A DNA stretch of 34,341 nucleotides from a virus (IMGVR_UViG_3300012667_000215:1-34341), one strand, 5' to 3'. Positions 1-8,375 are shown, numbered from the stretch's first letter. The notes: generated from the letters alone by a model not told the origin. Program-made: numbers and translations.

Positions 1-55
1 AATTCACAATTTAATTCACAAAAGGGTAGCAGCGAAAAGTTGTTACCCTTTTTAA
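1..55. repeat. 55-nt terminal direct repeat (identical copy at 34287-34341); circular assembly overlap
   Basis: AATTCACAATTTAATTCACAAAAGGGTAGCAGCGAAAAGTTGTTACCCTTTTTAA occurs at both ends, and 55 is a common assembler k-mer length. Confidence 0.95.
20..53 (+). terminator. Intrinsic terminator after the major capsid gene (same element as 34306-34339)
   Basis: Stem AAAAGGGTAGCAGC / GTTGTTACCCTTTT with GU pairs, GAAAA loop and T tract, directly after the MCP stop across the circular join. Confidence 0.8.
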
Positions 56-71
56 AACCCCATTTAAAATT

Positions 72-590
72 ATGCCGTGTGCAATAGTAGCAGGATACGC
101 ATTAGACTGTAAGGACACAGTTGGTGGTATCAAAAATTTATACATAACAGAACAAGCAAACATCACAGCAATAACTGAAAATGCAAGTGGTTATGTAACA
201 GCAATAACTAAAGCAGCAGGTAAGAAATATTTTCTTTATGCTTTAGAACCAAGAGGTGCAAATAGCACAACTAATAACATTCAAACTGACCCTGCAATAG
301 GAACAGTAGCATACGAACAAACAATCGCAGCTACATTCTTAAAGATGGCTTATGAAACACAATTCAAATTACAGCAAATTATTAAGAACAGAACTTCTAT
401 AATTGTTGAAATGAAATCAGGTCAATTCTTTTTATTCGGTTCATCATTCGGTATGGAATGCACAGGCGGAACAGGAACAAGTGGCGCAGCATTAAATGAG
501 TTCAATGGTTACTCATTAACTTTTGCAGGAATGGAAAAAACTTTTTCTCAAGAAGTTGACCCTGCAATTATCACAGCATTGTTATCATAA
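72..590 (+). CDS. Probable major tail (tube) protein
   Basis: 172 aa, beta-rich, with N-terminal CKDTVGGIK and C-terminal GYSLTFAG-E motifs typical of tail tube proteins in Bacteroidota siphophages; follows MCP. Confidence 0.65.
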   Translation: MPCAIVAGYALDCKDTVGGIKNLYITEQANITAITENASGYVTAITKAAGKKYFLYALEPRGANSTTNNIQTDPAIGTVAYEQTIAATFLKMAYETQFKLQQIIKNRTSIIVEMKSGQFFLFGSSFGMECTGGTGTSGAALNEFNGYSLTFAGMEKTFSQEVDPAIITALLS

Positions 591-611
591 AAGATTCATT
601 GTTTTCATAGC

Positions 612-646
612 AAAAAGCCAATCGATTAAGTTCGGTTGGTTTTTTT
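612..646 (+). terminator. Intrinsic terminator after the tail tube gene
   Basis: Stem AGCCAATCGA / TCGGTTGGTT, loop TTAAGT, followed by a T run. Confidence 0.8.
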
Positions 647-661
647 GTTTTATAGTTATTT

Positions 662-690
662 AGCAAACTTTTTAATAATTTATATTTATA
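662..690 (+). promoter_or_regulatory. Putative late promoter 1 (AGCAAA-N13-TATAT)
   Basis: Same motif with identical spacing at 25035 and 32131, each in front of a structural operon. Confidence 0.65.
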
Positions 691-694
691 GTTA

Positions 695-1111
695 GTGATA
701 AGATTCTTAAAAAATAGCACGAACAATGTAGTAGTAACATTAACTGAAAATTCAACAGTTACTAATCCTATTTATTTGTTTTTATTTACTAATCAAACTT
801 CAAATGTTCCTTACTATTTTATAGGTACTGACACAAGCGCATACAAAACAAGATACAATAAGTTTAGTATAGTTGAGAAAACAAGTGCAAACACTTTAAA
901 TGGTGAAGTTACGTTAGGTTTAAAGGGTTATTACAACTATAAGGTATATCAAACATCATTAGCGAATACAAGTGGGCTAACAACAGCAGCAGATGCAGTT
1001 CCTTTTATTACTAAAACAGTTGAAGTTGGTGTAGTGGATGTTGTTTTTGATGCTATTACTAACACTGAATACGATGTACAAGATGAAACAAATATAATTT
1101 ACCAACCATAA
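695..1111 (+). CDS. Virion structural protein, possibly head closure/neck (GTG start)
   Basis: 138 aa beta-rich ORF between tail tube and portal genes. Confidence 0.5.
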   Translation: MIRFLKNSTNNVVVTLTENSTVTNPIYLFLFTNQTSNVPYYFIGTDTSAYKTRYNKFSIVEKTSANTLNGEVTLGLKGYYNYKVYQTSLANTSGLTTAADAVPFITKTVEVGVVDVVFDAITNTEYDVQDETNIIYQP

Positions 1112-1114
1112 TTT

Positions 1115-2926
1115 ATGGCATATACAGATAAAACTATTAAAATCGGATTTTCTAATGATAAAGTTCCAATGTTCGTGGAGCAAAAGTCAAAAGTATGGGT
1201 TAAATATGGTGAAGAAAATAACTATCCTCAATACTTAGTATTACTTTTTAATCGTAGTGCAAAGCATAACGCAATTGTAACAAGCAAACAATTATATATT
1301 TCAGGTAAAGGTTGGACATTTGACCAAACAGGAATGGAAGGTGAAGAAATAATTTCACTACAAGCATTTGTTGATAATCCTAACCAGTATGAAACACTAA
1401 ACGAGTTAGCCAAAAAAACTATTTTAGACAATGAATTATTCGGTGGATGCTATTTAAAAGTAGTTGGAACAAAAGGAAAGAAAGGTCAAGAAATATATCA
1501 TATAGATTATTGTAATGTAAGGAGCAATGAAGACAATTCAGAGTTCTATATAAGCGATGAATGGATTGATATAAGTGGAAACGAAAATACTTCACCAATG
1601 TTTACTACTTTACCTGCTTATAACCCTAACGAGAAACAAGCAGAATCAATTTATTATTACAAGAGTTATAGACCAAATTTAAATACTTATACATTACCTG
1701 ATTACATTGGGGCAGTTCCTGCAATTATTACGGATGCAGAAGTAGCAAACTATCATAGGGCTGAAATACAGAATTCTTTCAAGGGCTCGAAAATGATAAC
1801 GTTTGTAAACGGGATACCGTCAGACGACGAAATGAAAGCTACTGAACGCAAGTTAAAGAGCAAATTCACATCAACAGATAGCGCAGGTTCAATAGTTGTA
1901 GATTTCGCAGATGATAAGGATAGGGTAGCAATTATAAACGATTTAAGCGCAGGAGATTTTGCAGATAAATACACTGCATTAAACGATACAATTCAGCAAG
2001 AAATATTTGTAGGACATAAAGTTACTTCACCAATGATATTTGGTGTAAGGGTAGCAGGTCAATTAGGTGGCAGAGCAGAAATGATTGATGCTTTTAATCT
2101 ATTTACAAATACTTATGTAGCACCAAGACAAGAAGTTCAAGAACAAATATTTAATATTTTCGCACCTGTAAAAGGTAAGTTAAAGATTAAACAACTTGAA
2201 CCTATTATGGCAAGTTTCACCGAACAAACACTAACACAAATTTTAACTAAAGATGAGTTACGTGATATTATAGGTAGAAAACCATTAGAACCAGTACAAG
2301 TAGTTCAAGCACCTGCAACTAACTTTAAATTTAGTAAGCAAGTAAAAGATTTAATAGATTACGCAACATTTGCTAAATATGGTGAAAGTGTAGAGAACTT
2401 TATACCTATAAAAGTTAAAAAAGTAATGTTTGGAAAAGAGGATTTTATTTCTAAAATTGAAGAGGGGATATTAGACTTAATTAAAAAGACTCCTGACATA
2501 ACTGTTGAAAGTATAATGGAAGTAATGAAGTTGGATAAAACGAAAGTTACTGATGCAATTGAAACTTTAATAGGTGATGGATTAATTGATAAGGATTTAA
2601 AGATAACTACTAAAGGAACAAACAAAAACGTACCAACTTTTAGTGAATTATTTATTCGTTACAAATATGCTTTAAGAAGTGATGCACCTGCATTAATTGA
2701 AGGTGGTGAAAGTCGTGATTTTTGTGCAGCAATGATGAGCAATCCACGTTATTTTAGTCGTGAAGATATTGAGAACATTGGCAAAGATTTAGGGCAAGTT
2801 TATGACATACCTAACTATGATGCTTTTCGCAGAAGAGGTGGTTGGTATCATGACCCGATTAAGGATGTAAACTTACCATATTGCAGACATATTTGGGTAC
2901 AAGAATTAGTAAAAAAAGTTAAATAA
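1115..2926 (+). CDS. Portal protein with C-terminal wHTH-like and MuF-like (Cys/His) extensions
   Basis: Portal-like motifs YGEENNYPQYL, SAKHNAI, DNELFGG, GHKVTSPMIFG, LGGRAEM; C-terminal SRDFC...RRGGWY...CRHIW. Confidence 0.85.
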   Translation: MAYTDKTIKIGFSNDKVPMFVEQKSKVWVKYGEENNYPQYLVLLFNRSAKHNAIVTSKQLYISGKGWTFDQTGMEGEEIISLQAFVDNPNQYETLNELAKKTILDNELFGGCYLKVVGTKGKKGQEIYHIDYCNVRSNEDNSEFYISDEWIDISGNENTSPMFTTLPAYNPNEKQAESIYYYKSYRPNLNTYTLPDYIGAVPAIITDAEVANYHRAEIQNSFKGSKMITFVNGIPSDDEMKATERKLKSKFTSTDSAGSIVVDFADDKDRVAIINDLSAGDFADKYTALNDTIQQEIFVGHKVTSPMIFGVRVAGQLGGRAEMIDAFNLFTNTYVAPRQEVQEQIFNIFAPVKGKLKIKQLEPIMASFTEQTLTQILTKDELRDIIGRKPLEPVQVVQAPATNFKFSKQVKDLIDYATFAKYGESVENFIPIKVKKVMFGKEDFISKIEEGILDLIKKTPDITVESIMEVMKLDKTKVTDAIETLIGDGLIDKDLKITTKGTNKNVPTFSELFIRYKYALRSDAPALIEGGESRDFCAAMMSNPRYFSREDIENIGKDLGQVYDIPNYDAFRRRGGWYHDPIKDVNLPYCRHIWVQELVKKVK

Positions 2927-2927
2927 T

Positions 2928-3527
2928 ATGGCAGCACAAGTTTTATTTTTAAGCGAACAAACATTAAAGCAGCGTTCTGTTTTACAGGATAATGTTGATA
3001 TGAAGATTGTAACCCCAACTATTATTGAGGTTCAAGAATTTTATATATTACCGATATTAGGAACAAGTTTATACAACGAATTAAAAACACAAATTGCAGC
3101 AGGAACAGTAAGCGCAGCAAATAAGAATTTAATTGATAACTATATTACTAATACTATGATTTGGTACATGCAAGTAGAGTTACCATTAGCAATGAATTAC
3201 AAATACTTTAATAAAAGTGTTGGTGTTCAAAATGCGGATAATATGCAGCCTGCAAGCATGAGTGAGATTAGGGATATAATGGATGAGGCAAGAAACAAAG
3301 CACAAGTATATGCTGAACGTTTAACTAAATTCTTATTAGCTAACACAACTACTTACCCATTGTATTTAACGCAAACTGGTGTAGGAATAGACACTATATT
3401 CCCACAAAGAACGAATTATAATAGTGGAATGTTATTAGATGGTGACGATTGTTGCAGTGGGCGATATAACTTTCAGGGAATAAAAATAGAACCGAGAGAA
3501 TTAACACAACCTTGTACTTATTGTTAA
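2928..3527 (+). CDS. Head-tail adaptor-like protein (DUF6712-like)
   Basis: NVD...I...QEFYILPILGTSLY pattern; directly follows the portal gene. Confidence 0.7.
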   Translation: MAAQVLFLSEQTLKQRSVLQDNVDMKIVTPTIIEVQEFYILPILGTSLYNELKTQIAAGTVSAANKNLIDNYITNTMIWYMQVELPLAMNYKYFNKSVGVQNADNMQPASMSEIRDIMDEARNKAQVYAERLTKFLLANTTTYPLYLTQTGVGIDTIFPQRTNYNSGMLLDGDDCCSGRYNFQGIKIEPRELTQPCTYC

Positions 3528-3658
3528 TGAAAACAAAGATTAGAAACATAGAAAAGTTACAAAAATTTATAAAAGAAAATGCAATTCTACACACTAAACC
3601 AAATAATAAACCTGTTCGAAACAATAGCGACAAACCACGCACAGATAAACGGATTTAA
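3527..3658 (+). CDS. Small basic ORF (43 aa) overlapping the next gene; possible translational-coupling peptide
   Basis: TAATG stop/start overlap with the upstream gene; reads MKTKIRNIEKLQKFIKENAILH...; not in the ORF track. Confidence 0.3.
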   Translation: MKTKIRNIEKLQKFIKENAILHTKPNNKPVRNNSDKPRTDKRI

Positions 3659-4022
3659 TTTTGGTGAAGCATCGGATATTTCAGCGAGTGACCAAGAGCA
3701 GTACCCTTTACTTTGGATTGATGTAATTGACAGTGGAATTGAAAGCAATACTTTAAGTTTAAATATGAACGTAAAAGTAATGGATATTCAAAAGGATGAC
3801 CAAACAAATGAACGTGATACATTAAGCGATTGTTTAAGCATAGCACAAGACGTTTATTCGGCATTGACTAACCCAATATATCAAGACTATTTTTTATTAA
3901 GTTTTGCGACAAATTTAGTACCTTTAAGAGAAGCATTAGCAGACAAGGTGAATGGTTGGGAAATGAATTTAACTTTTGAATTAGCACAAGAAAGAAACAG
4001 GTGTCAAATACCTATAAAATAA
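3579..4022 (+). CDS. Tail terminator / tail completion protein
   Basis: 147 aa acidic protein with YPLLWID and GW-M-L-F motifs, in the neck gene cluster. Confidence 0.6.
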   Translation: MQFYTLNQIINLFETIATNHAQINGFNFGEASDISASDQEQYPLLWIDVIDSGIESNTLSLNMNVKVMDIQKDDQTNERDTLSDCLSIAQDVYSALTNPIYQDYFLLSFATNLVPLREALADKVNGWEMNLTFELAQERNRCQIPIK

Positions 4023-4044
4023 ATAATATTAAATAAATAAAAAA

Positions 4045-4314
4045 ATGACAAATTTAGATAAAATATCAGGAATGGGTGGTTGTGAATTTATCGCAGCAGC
4101 AAGTGCAAAAACAGGAAAGACTTATACTTCAATTGTAATTAATACAGATGCAGTAATAAGTGTTTTAAGCATTGATGGAGTAAATGTATTAACTACAAAA
4201 GGTTTTAATGGTGTAACACTTTCAGCAGGTATGTTTATACCAGCAGCAGCAGGAACTTACATCACAGCTATTACTTTAACTTCAGGAACTGCAATCGCTT
4301 ATAACAACCAATAA
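4045..4314 (+). CDS. Small beta-rich virion protein
   Basis: 89 aa, Thr/Ala/Gly-rich, ends ITAITLTSGTAIAY, precedes the fibre gene. Confidence 0.55.
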   Translation: MTNLDKISGMGGCEFIAAASAKTGKTYTSIVINTDAVISVLSIDGVNVLTTKGFNGVTLSAGMFIPAAAGTYITAITLTSGTAIAYNNQ

Positions 4315-4316
4315 CT

Positions 4317-5765
4317 ATGTTAGGAATTAGCACAACTAATGTAAGGGTTGGAGGTTTTCGTGGCAAAGGTGTTGATGCAAACGCACAAGCTATCTACAAC
4401 CGAATAATAGCAGATGGTGGAGTTTCAAACTTATCACGATTAAACTTTTTCGTTAAGGGTTTAAAAGGAATCTATGGTGATTTAGCAAACGTGCCAGTGT
4501 GTTACGATGCACATTGGATAGGCTATAAATTAGGTTCAGGAACAGGTGCAACAAGTGGACAAGCAGCAGCGAAATTATATAGTTTAACAGTAGCAGGTGA
4601 TGCAGTTCAATCAACAGCAGCAAGTCAGCCATTGTTATTAAGCCATAATGGTGCGAGTAGTGATAATTATTTTCAAGGAGTTGGGATTGCAAATAATTTT
4701 GTAAGTTCACCAAGTGCAACAGCAAATAGTGGAACAGGTGATAAAGAATTTATTATTACTGCAAATGTATTAAATTGGAGTATTGATTATAATATGCTTA
4801 TAGGTAAGAACACAGGTGGTTTAAATGGATATTATGTTGTAACAAGAAGTTCATCAAGAATTGGGTATGGTTGTAGTAAAGGTGATGTAGTAAGTACAGT
4901 TGGACATTCGTTTGCAAATAATACACTTGCCTATATAAAAGTTACACACGATACAACTAATGGAATTGTAAAGTTTTTTACTTCAACTGATGGGATTACT
5001 TATAATCAATTGGGAACAAATGTAAGTATTACATCAGGTGTAACAACTGATACAAGTACACCATTATGTATTGGTGCAAATAGTAATGGCGCATCTAATA
5101 GTTTTACAGGCAAAGTATATCGTGCCACAATATCAAACTCAATCGGTGGCGCACCTGTTGTAGACTTCAATCCTGCTCAATACAACGCAAGTACAAGTCA
5201 AACTGCTTGGACAAGTAGCACAGGTGAAGTTTGGACAATTAACACAGGAACTGCAACGAGTGGTTATAAAGGTGTATTGGTGGATAGAACGATAGTGCAA
5301 GGGGATGGTGTGGATGATAGTATGCAAACAACGACTCAATATTTGCCAATAGATAAATCATTCTATGCAGCAGACAAATATTTTAGTTCTAATGCAACAG
5401 CATCTTCAGGCGGAATTAGAGTTCTAAACGGAAATTTTGGACAAAATAATTCAACAAGCAGAAGAATGTGGTTCAATGCAGGTAATAACGAGATAGTGGC
5501 ATCAACTGCAAACATAGCAACTTTAAATTTAAATACAGGTTCGGTCGCATCAGGTGACACTAAATTTAGAGTAAATACAGGCGCAGATACTACATCAACC
5601 GTTGTTTTTGTTTCTATCATTAGTAGGGAAGTAAATATTTTTAATACATTTACAATTTGTAATGCACAATTAAATACATTGGTAATAACAAATCAAGTTG
5701 ATACTAATTTGCAAAAAACTGCAACTTACAACCTAATTCGTTCACTTAATAACAACGCATTTTAA
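4317..5765 (+). CDS. Fibre / receptor-binding protein with lectin-like (LamG/ConA-like) domains
   Basis: 482 aa, Thr/Ser/Gly/Asn-rich; PLCIGA...SFTGKVY and GDGVDD motifs typical of LamG-like fibre domains. Confidence 0.65.
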   Translation: MLGISTTNVRVGGFRGKGVDANAQAIYNRIIADGGVSNLSRLNFFVKGLKGIYGDLANVPVCYDAHWIGYKLGSGTGATSGQAAAKLYSLTVAGDAVQSTAASQPLLLSHNGASSDNYFQGVGIANNFVSSPSATANSGTGDKEFIITANVLNWSIDYNMLIGKNTGGLNGYYVVTRSSSRIGYGCSKGDVVSTVGHSFANNTLAYIKVTHDTTNGIVKFFTSTDGITYNQLGTNVSITSGVTTDTSTPLCIGANSNGASNSFTGKVYRATISNSIGGAPVVDFNPAQYNASTSQTAWTSSTGEVWTINTGTATSGYKGVLVDRTIVQGDGVDDSMQTTTQYLPIDKSFYAADKYFSSNATASSGGIRVLNGNFGQNNSTSRRMWFNAGNNEIVASTANIATLNLNTGSVASGDTKFRVNTGADTTSTVVFVSIISREVNIFNTFTICNAQLNTLVITNQVDTNLQKTATYNLIRSLNNNAF

Positions 5766-6022
5766 TGGAAGAGAATATACTTTACCCACGTTTTTATAAG
5801 TGCGCTACAATTAAAGAATTTAAGTTATTAGATACAAAATGCTGTGAGTTATTAGGACTGCCAAATGATGAAGCAACTGATGATTATGCTAATCCAATAG
5901 TTGACATAAACGGAAAAAATTGGTTGGTTGTAAACAATGATGTAAGTAGTTTATTTACTGAATCTGAGATAGCTGCAATGGTGCAATATGATGAAATAAT
6001 ACTTCCAATAGTTAATCCATAA
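5765..6022 (+). CDS. Hypothetical protein, possible fibre chaperone
   Basis: 85 aa acidic ORF coupled (TAATG) to the fibre gene. Confidence 0.5.
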   Translation: MEENILYPRFYKCATIKEFKLLDTKCCELLGLPNDEATDDYANPIVDINGKNWLVVNNDVSSLFTESEIAAMVQYDEIILPIVNP

Positions 6023-6195
6023 TGAAAAAGAATTTCTTATTAGTAATAGAAAATGGATTTGCGTGGAGTGGTGTAATAGCTGCTTATGCAATGGCAATAC
6101 TACCAATCATACAAGTATTAGCAGGAGTTGCTGCTTTTGTGTTTTCGCTATTATCTATAATTAAAATTTGTAAGAATTGGTATGAAAAAGATTAA
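6022..6195 (+). CDS. Small membrane protein, holin/antiholin-like (57 aa)
   Basis: Read by hand: MKKNFLLVIENGFAWSGVIAAYAMAILPIIQVLAGVAAFVFSLLSIIKICKNWYEKD; long hydrophobic stretch; TAATG coupling. Confidence 0.65.
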   Translation: MKKNFLLVIENGFAWSGVIAAYAMAILPIIQVLAGVAAFVFSLLSIIKICKNWYEKD

Positions 6196-6373
6196 GCAAA
6201 ATTGGGAGAGTAAATTAAGCACAGTAATGGGGTTTATAGTTGCTATTTCTACTGCTTGGATAACTATTGATTGGGTTACGTTTGACATCAACAAAGAGTA
6301 CCCAAAATTAATATTAAGTGCATTGATTGGGATAGGTGGCTATATGACAAAGATTAAATCTGATGATAAGTAA
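6182..6373 (+). CDS. Holin-like protein (two predicted TM segments)
   Basis: 63 aa with two hydrophobic helices and charged termini, directly upstream of the endolysin. Confidence 0.65.
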   Translation: MKKIKQNWESKLSTVMGFIVAISTAWITIDWVTFDINKEYPKLILSALIGIGGYMTKIKSDDK

Positions 6374-6770
6374 ACATATAACTTTACAAGAAGCAACCGA
6401 GAGTGCAACTGCTTTAAGAATGGGCATTAAGAACACACCTAATGAAGTAGAACTTGATGCAATGAAGTATGTTGCAGAAAACTTATTTGAACCGATTAGA
6501 GAATGGTATGATAAGCCAATAAAGATAAACTCATTCTTTAGATGTGTAGCTTTAAATAAAGCAGTAAAAGGAAGTTTAACAAGTGGTCACGTTTTAGGCA
6601 ATTCAATTGATATTAGTGGTGGCAATAAAATAGAAAACAAAAAAATATTTGACTTTATTAAATTAAGTGGTTTAGACTTTGACCAAGTAATTTGGGAATA
6701 TGGAGGTGTATGGATTCATATATCACTAAAAAAGACTGGCAATAGAAAACAAATATTGCACATTGGATAG
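6363..6770 (+). CDS. Endolysin, peptidase M15A family
   Basis: INSFFRC..LNKAVKGSLTSGH..G.SID and WIHIS Zn-binding motifs. Confidence 0.9.
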   Translation: MISKHITLQEATESATALRMGIKNTPNEVELDAMKYVAENLFEPIREWYDKPIKINSFFRCVALNKAVKGSLTSGHVLGNSIDISGGNKIENKKIFDFIKLSGLDFDQVIWEYGGVWIHISLKKTGNRKQILHIG

Positions 6771-6894
6771 TGTAGACATAGAGAGAGCAAGAATAGTGGC
6801 TATAATTGAAGCTAAATATAAGCAGAAAGAAATAGACAAACGCACAGCAATAAGTAATAACAAAACACGCAATGTTATAACAAAAACAAAATGA
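6763..6894 (+). CDS. Small hypothetical protein (43 aa, TTG start)
   Basis: MDSVDIERARIVAIIEAKYKQKEIDKRTAISNNKTRNVITKTK exactly fills the gap; its TGA overlaps the next ATG (ATGA). Confidence 0.45.
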   Translation: MDSVDIERARIVAIIEAKYKQKEIDKRTAISNNKTRNVITKTK

Positions 6895-7304
6895 AATCAA
6901 TTTACTCAATCCTAATAGCTGTATTATACTGCTTAATATGTAGCTGCTACACAAAGCAACAAGCAATAGATAAGTTCTGCAATAAAGACACAGCCAGTAT
7001 ATTTGTAACTATTCACGATACGATAATATCCGAAACGATACGAACCGATACTGTATTCAATGATACTGTTGATTCAGTTTATATAACTAAAGATAAATTA
7101 GAAATAGTTTACGTTAAGAAATTTGGTAAGGTTTATATTGAAGGTAAATGCAAAGGAGATACTATCTATTATGAGAAAAAAGTTTTAGTTGAAGTGCCTA
7201 TTGACTGCCCTAAACAAAGTTGGTTTGACCAAATGATTTTAGAAGCTAAATGGTGGCTACTTATAATTATTGCAATACTAACACTGGTAATCTTTAAACG
7301 ATAA
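6891..7304 (+). CDS. Probable unimolecular spanin (lipoprotein signal plus C-terminal TM)
   Basis: N-terminal MKS, hydrophobic run and lipobox-like ICSC; beta-rich DT-repeat middle; C-terminal TM WWLLIIIAILTLVIFKR; follows the endolysin. Confidence 0.65.
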   Translation: MKSIYSILIAVLYCLICSCYTKQQAIDKFCNKDTASIFVTIHDTIISETIRTDTVFNDTVDSVYITKDKLEIVYVKKFGKVYIEGKCKGDTIYYEKKVLVEVPIDCPKQSWFDQMILEAKWWLLIIIAILTLVIFKR

Positions 7305-7477
7305 TGGATAAAATAATTTTAAGTGTAACTGCTTATGGAAGTAAGCATACAATTGAGTTAAGTGATGACTCAGACATTGAGCAAATGTTTAGAGCCTTTA
7401 GAGCCTTATTAGTTGGTTTAACATTTCCTGAAGTAGTAATTGATAACCATATAAAAGAGTTGGCTGAAACACTATGA
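7304..7477 (+). CDS. Hypothetical protein (57 aa)
   Basis: MDKIILSVTAYGSKHTIELSDDSDIEQMFRAFRALLVGLTFPEVVIDNHIKELAETL; coupled at both ends (TAATG, ATGA). Confidence 0.6.
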   Translation: MDKIILSVTAYGSKHTIELSDDSDIEQMFRAFRALLVGLTFPEVVIDNHIKELAETL

Positions 7478-7656
7478 AAGAGTACAAAATAGCATACGAG
7501 TTCAATGGTCGCAAAATGTACACGATTGTACGTGCGAGAAACGTACAAGAAGCAAAGCAGCAAATCAATGATAGGTTACATTTTATTGAGATTAAAGATA
7601 TAACCCCACCTGATGAAACAGTTGATTACTTAAAAAATTTATTCGGAATAAAATAA
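7474..7656 (+). CDS. Hypothetical protein
   Basis: 60 aa ORF coupled to both neighbours. Confidence 0.6.
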   Translation: MKEYKIAYEFNGRKMYTIVRARNVQEAKQQINDRLHFIEIKDITPPDETVDYLKNLFGIK

Positions 7657-8375
7657 TGAATACAATTAGACCACGATTAACACAGCAAGAATATGACTTT
7701 TTAAAGTCGTTAAAAAACGAAAGAAAAGAAAATAAAGTCTTGGTCATTGGTGACTTGCACGAACCTTTTTGTTTAGATGGTTACTTTGAGTTTTGCAAGG
7801 ACATATATTCTCTTTATGGTTGCAATGAAGTAGTATTTATTGGAGACATAGTAGATAATCATTTTGCAAGTTATCACGAAACAATACCTGATTCAATTGG
7901 TGGTGGTGATGAGTTAGAGTTTGCTATTAGTAAACTTAAAAAGTGGCACAACTACTTTCCTAATGCTACTGTAATAATAGGAAACCACGATAGACTTATA
8001 ATGCGTAAGGCTCAAACTGGTGGCATAAGTTCAAAATGGATCAAAGATTACAAAGATGTTTTAGAAGTTCCAACGTGGAATTTTGTTGATAGGCACGTTA
8101 TAGACAATGTTCAATATTTGCACGGAGAAGGTGGCACTGCAAAGGTTAAATGTAAATCCGATATGATGTCAACTGTAAGTGGGCATTTGCATACACAGGC
8201 TTACACTGAATGGTTTGTAGGTGCTAACTTTAAAGTATTCGGTATGCAAGTTGGCTGTGGTATAAATCATAAGCATATTGCTTTTAGCTATGCAAAATAC
8301 GGAAAGAAGCCAGCAATCGGTTGCGGTGTGGTTATAAACGGAACAACTGCTATAAACGAATTAATGGAATTATAA
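7656..8375 (+). CDS. Calcineurin-like metallophosphoesterase
   Basis: GDLH, GDIVD, GNHD, HG and GHLH motifs. Confidence 0.9.
   Translation: MNTIRPRLTQQEYDFLKSLKNERKENKVLVIGDLHEPFCLDGYFEFCKDIYSLYGCNEVVFIGDIVDNHFASYHETIPDSIGGGDELEFAISKLKKWHNYFPNATVIIGNHDRLIMRKAQTGGISSKWIKDYKDVLEVPTWNFVDRHVIDNVQYLHGEGGTAKVKCKSDMMSTVSGHLHTQAYTEWFVGANFKVFGMQVGCGINHKHIAFSYAKYGKKPAIGCGVVINGTTAINELMEL

Noticed and set aside
4317-5765. Diversity-generating retroelement target
   Set aside because: No reverse transcriptase in the complete genome and no template/variable repeat pair seen.
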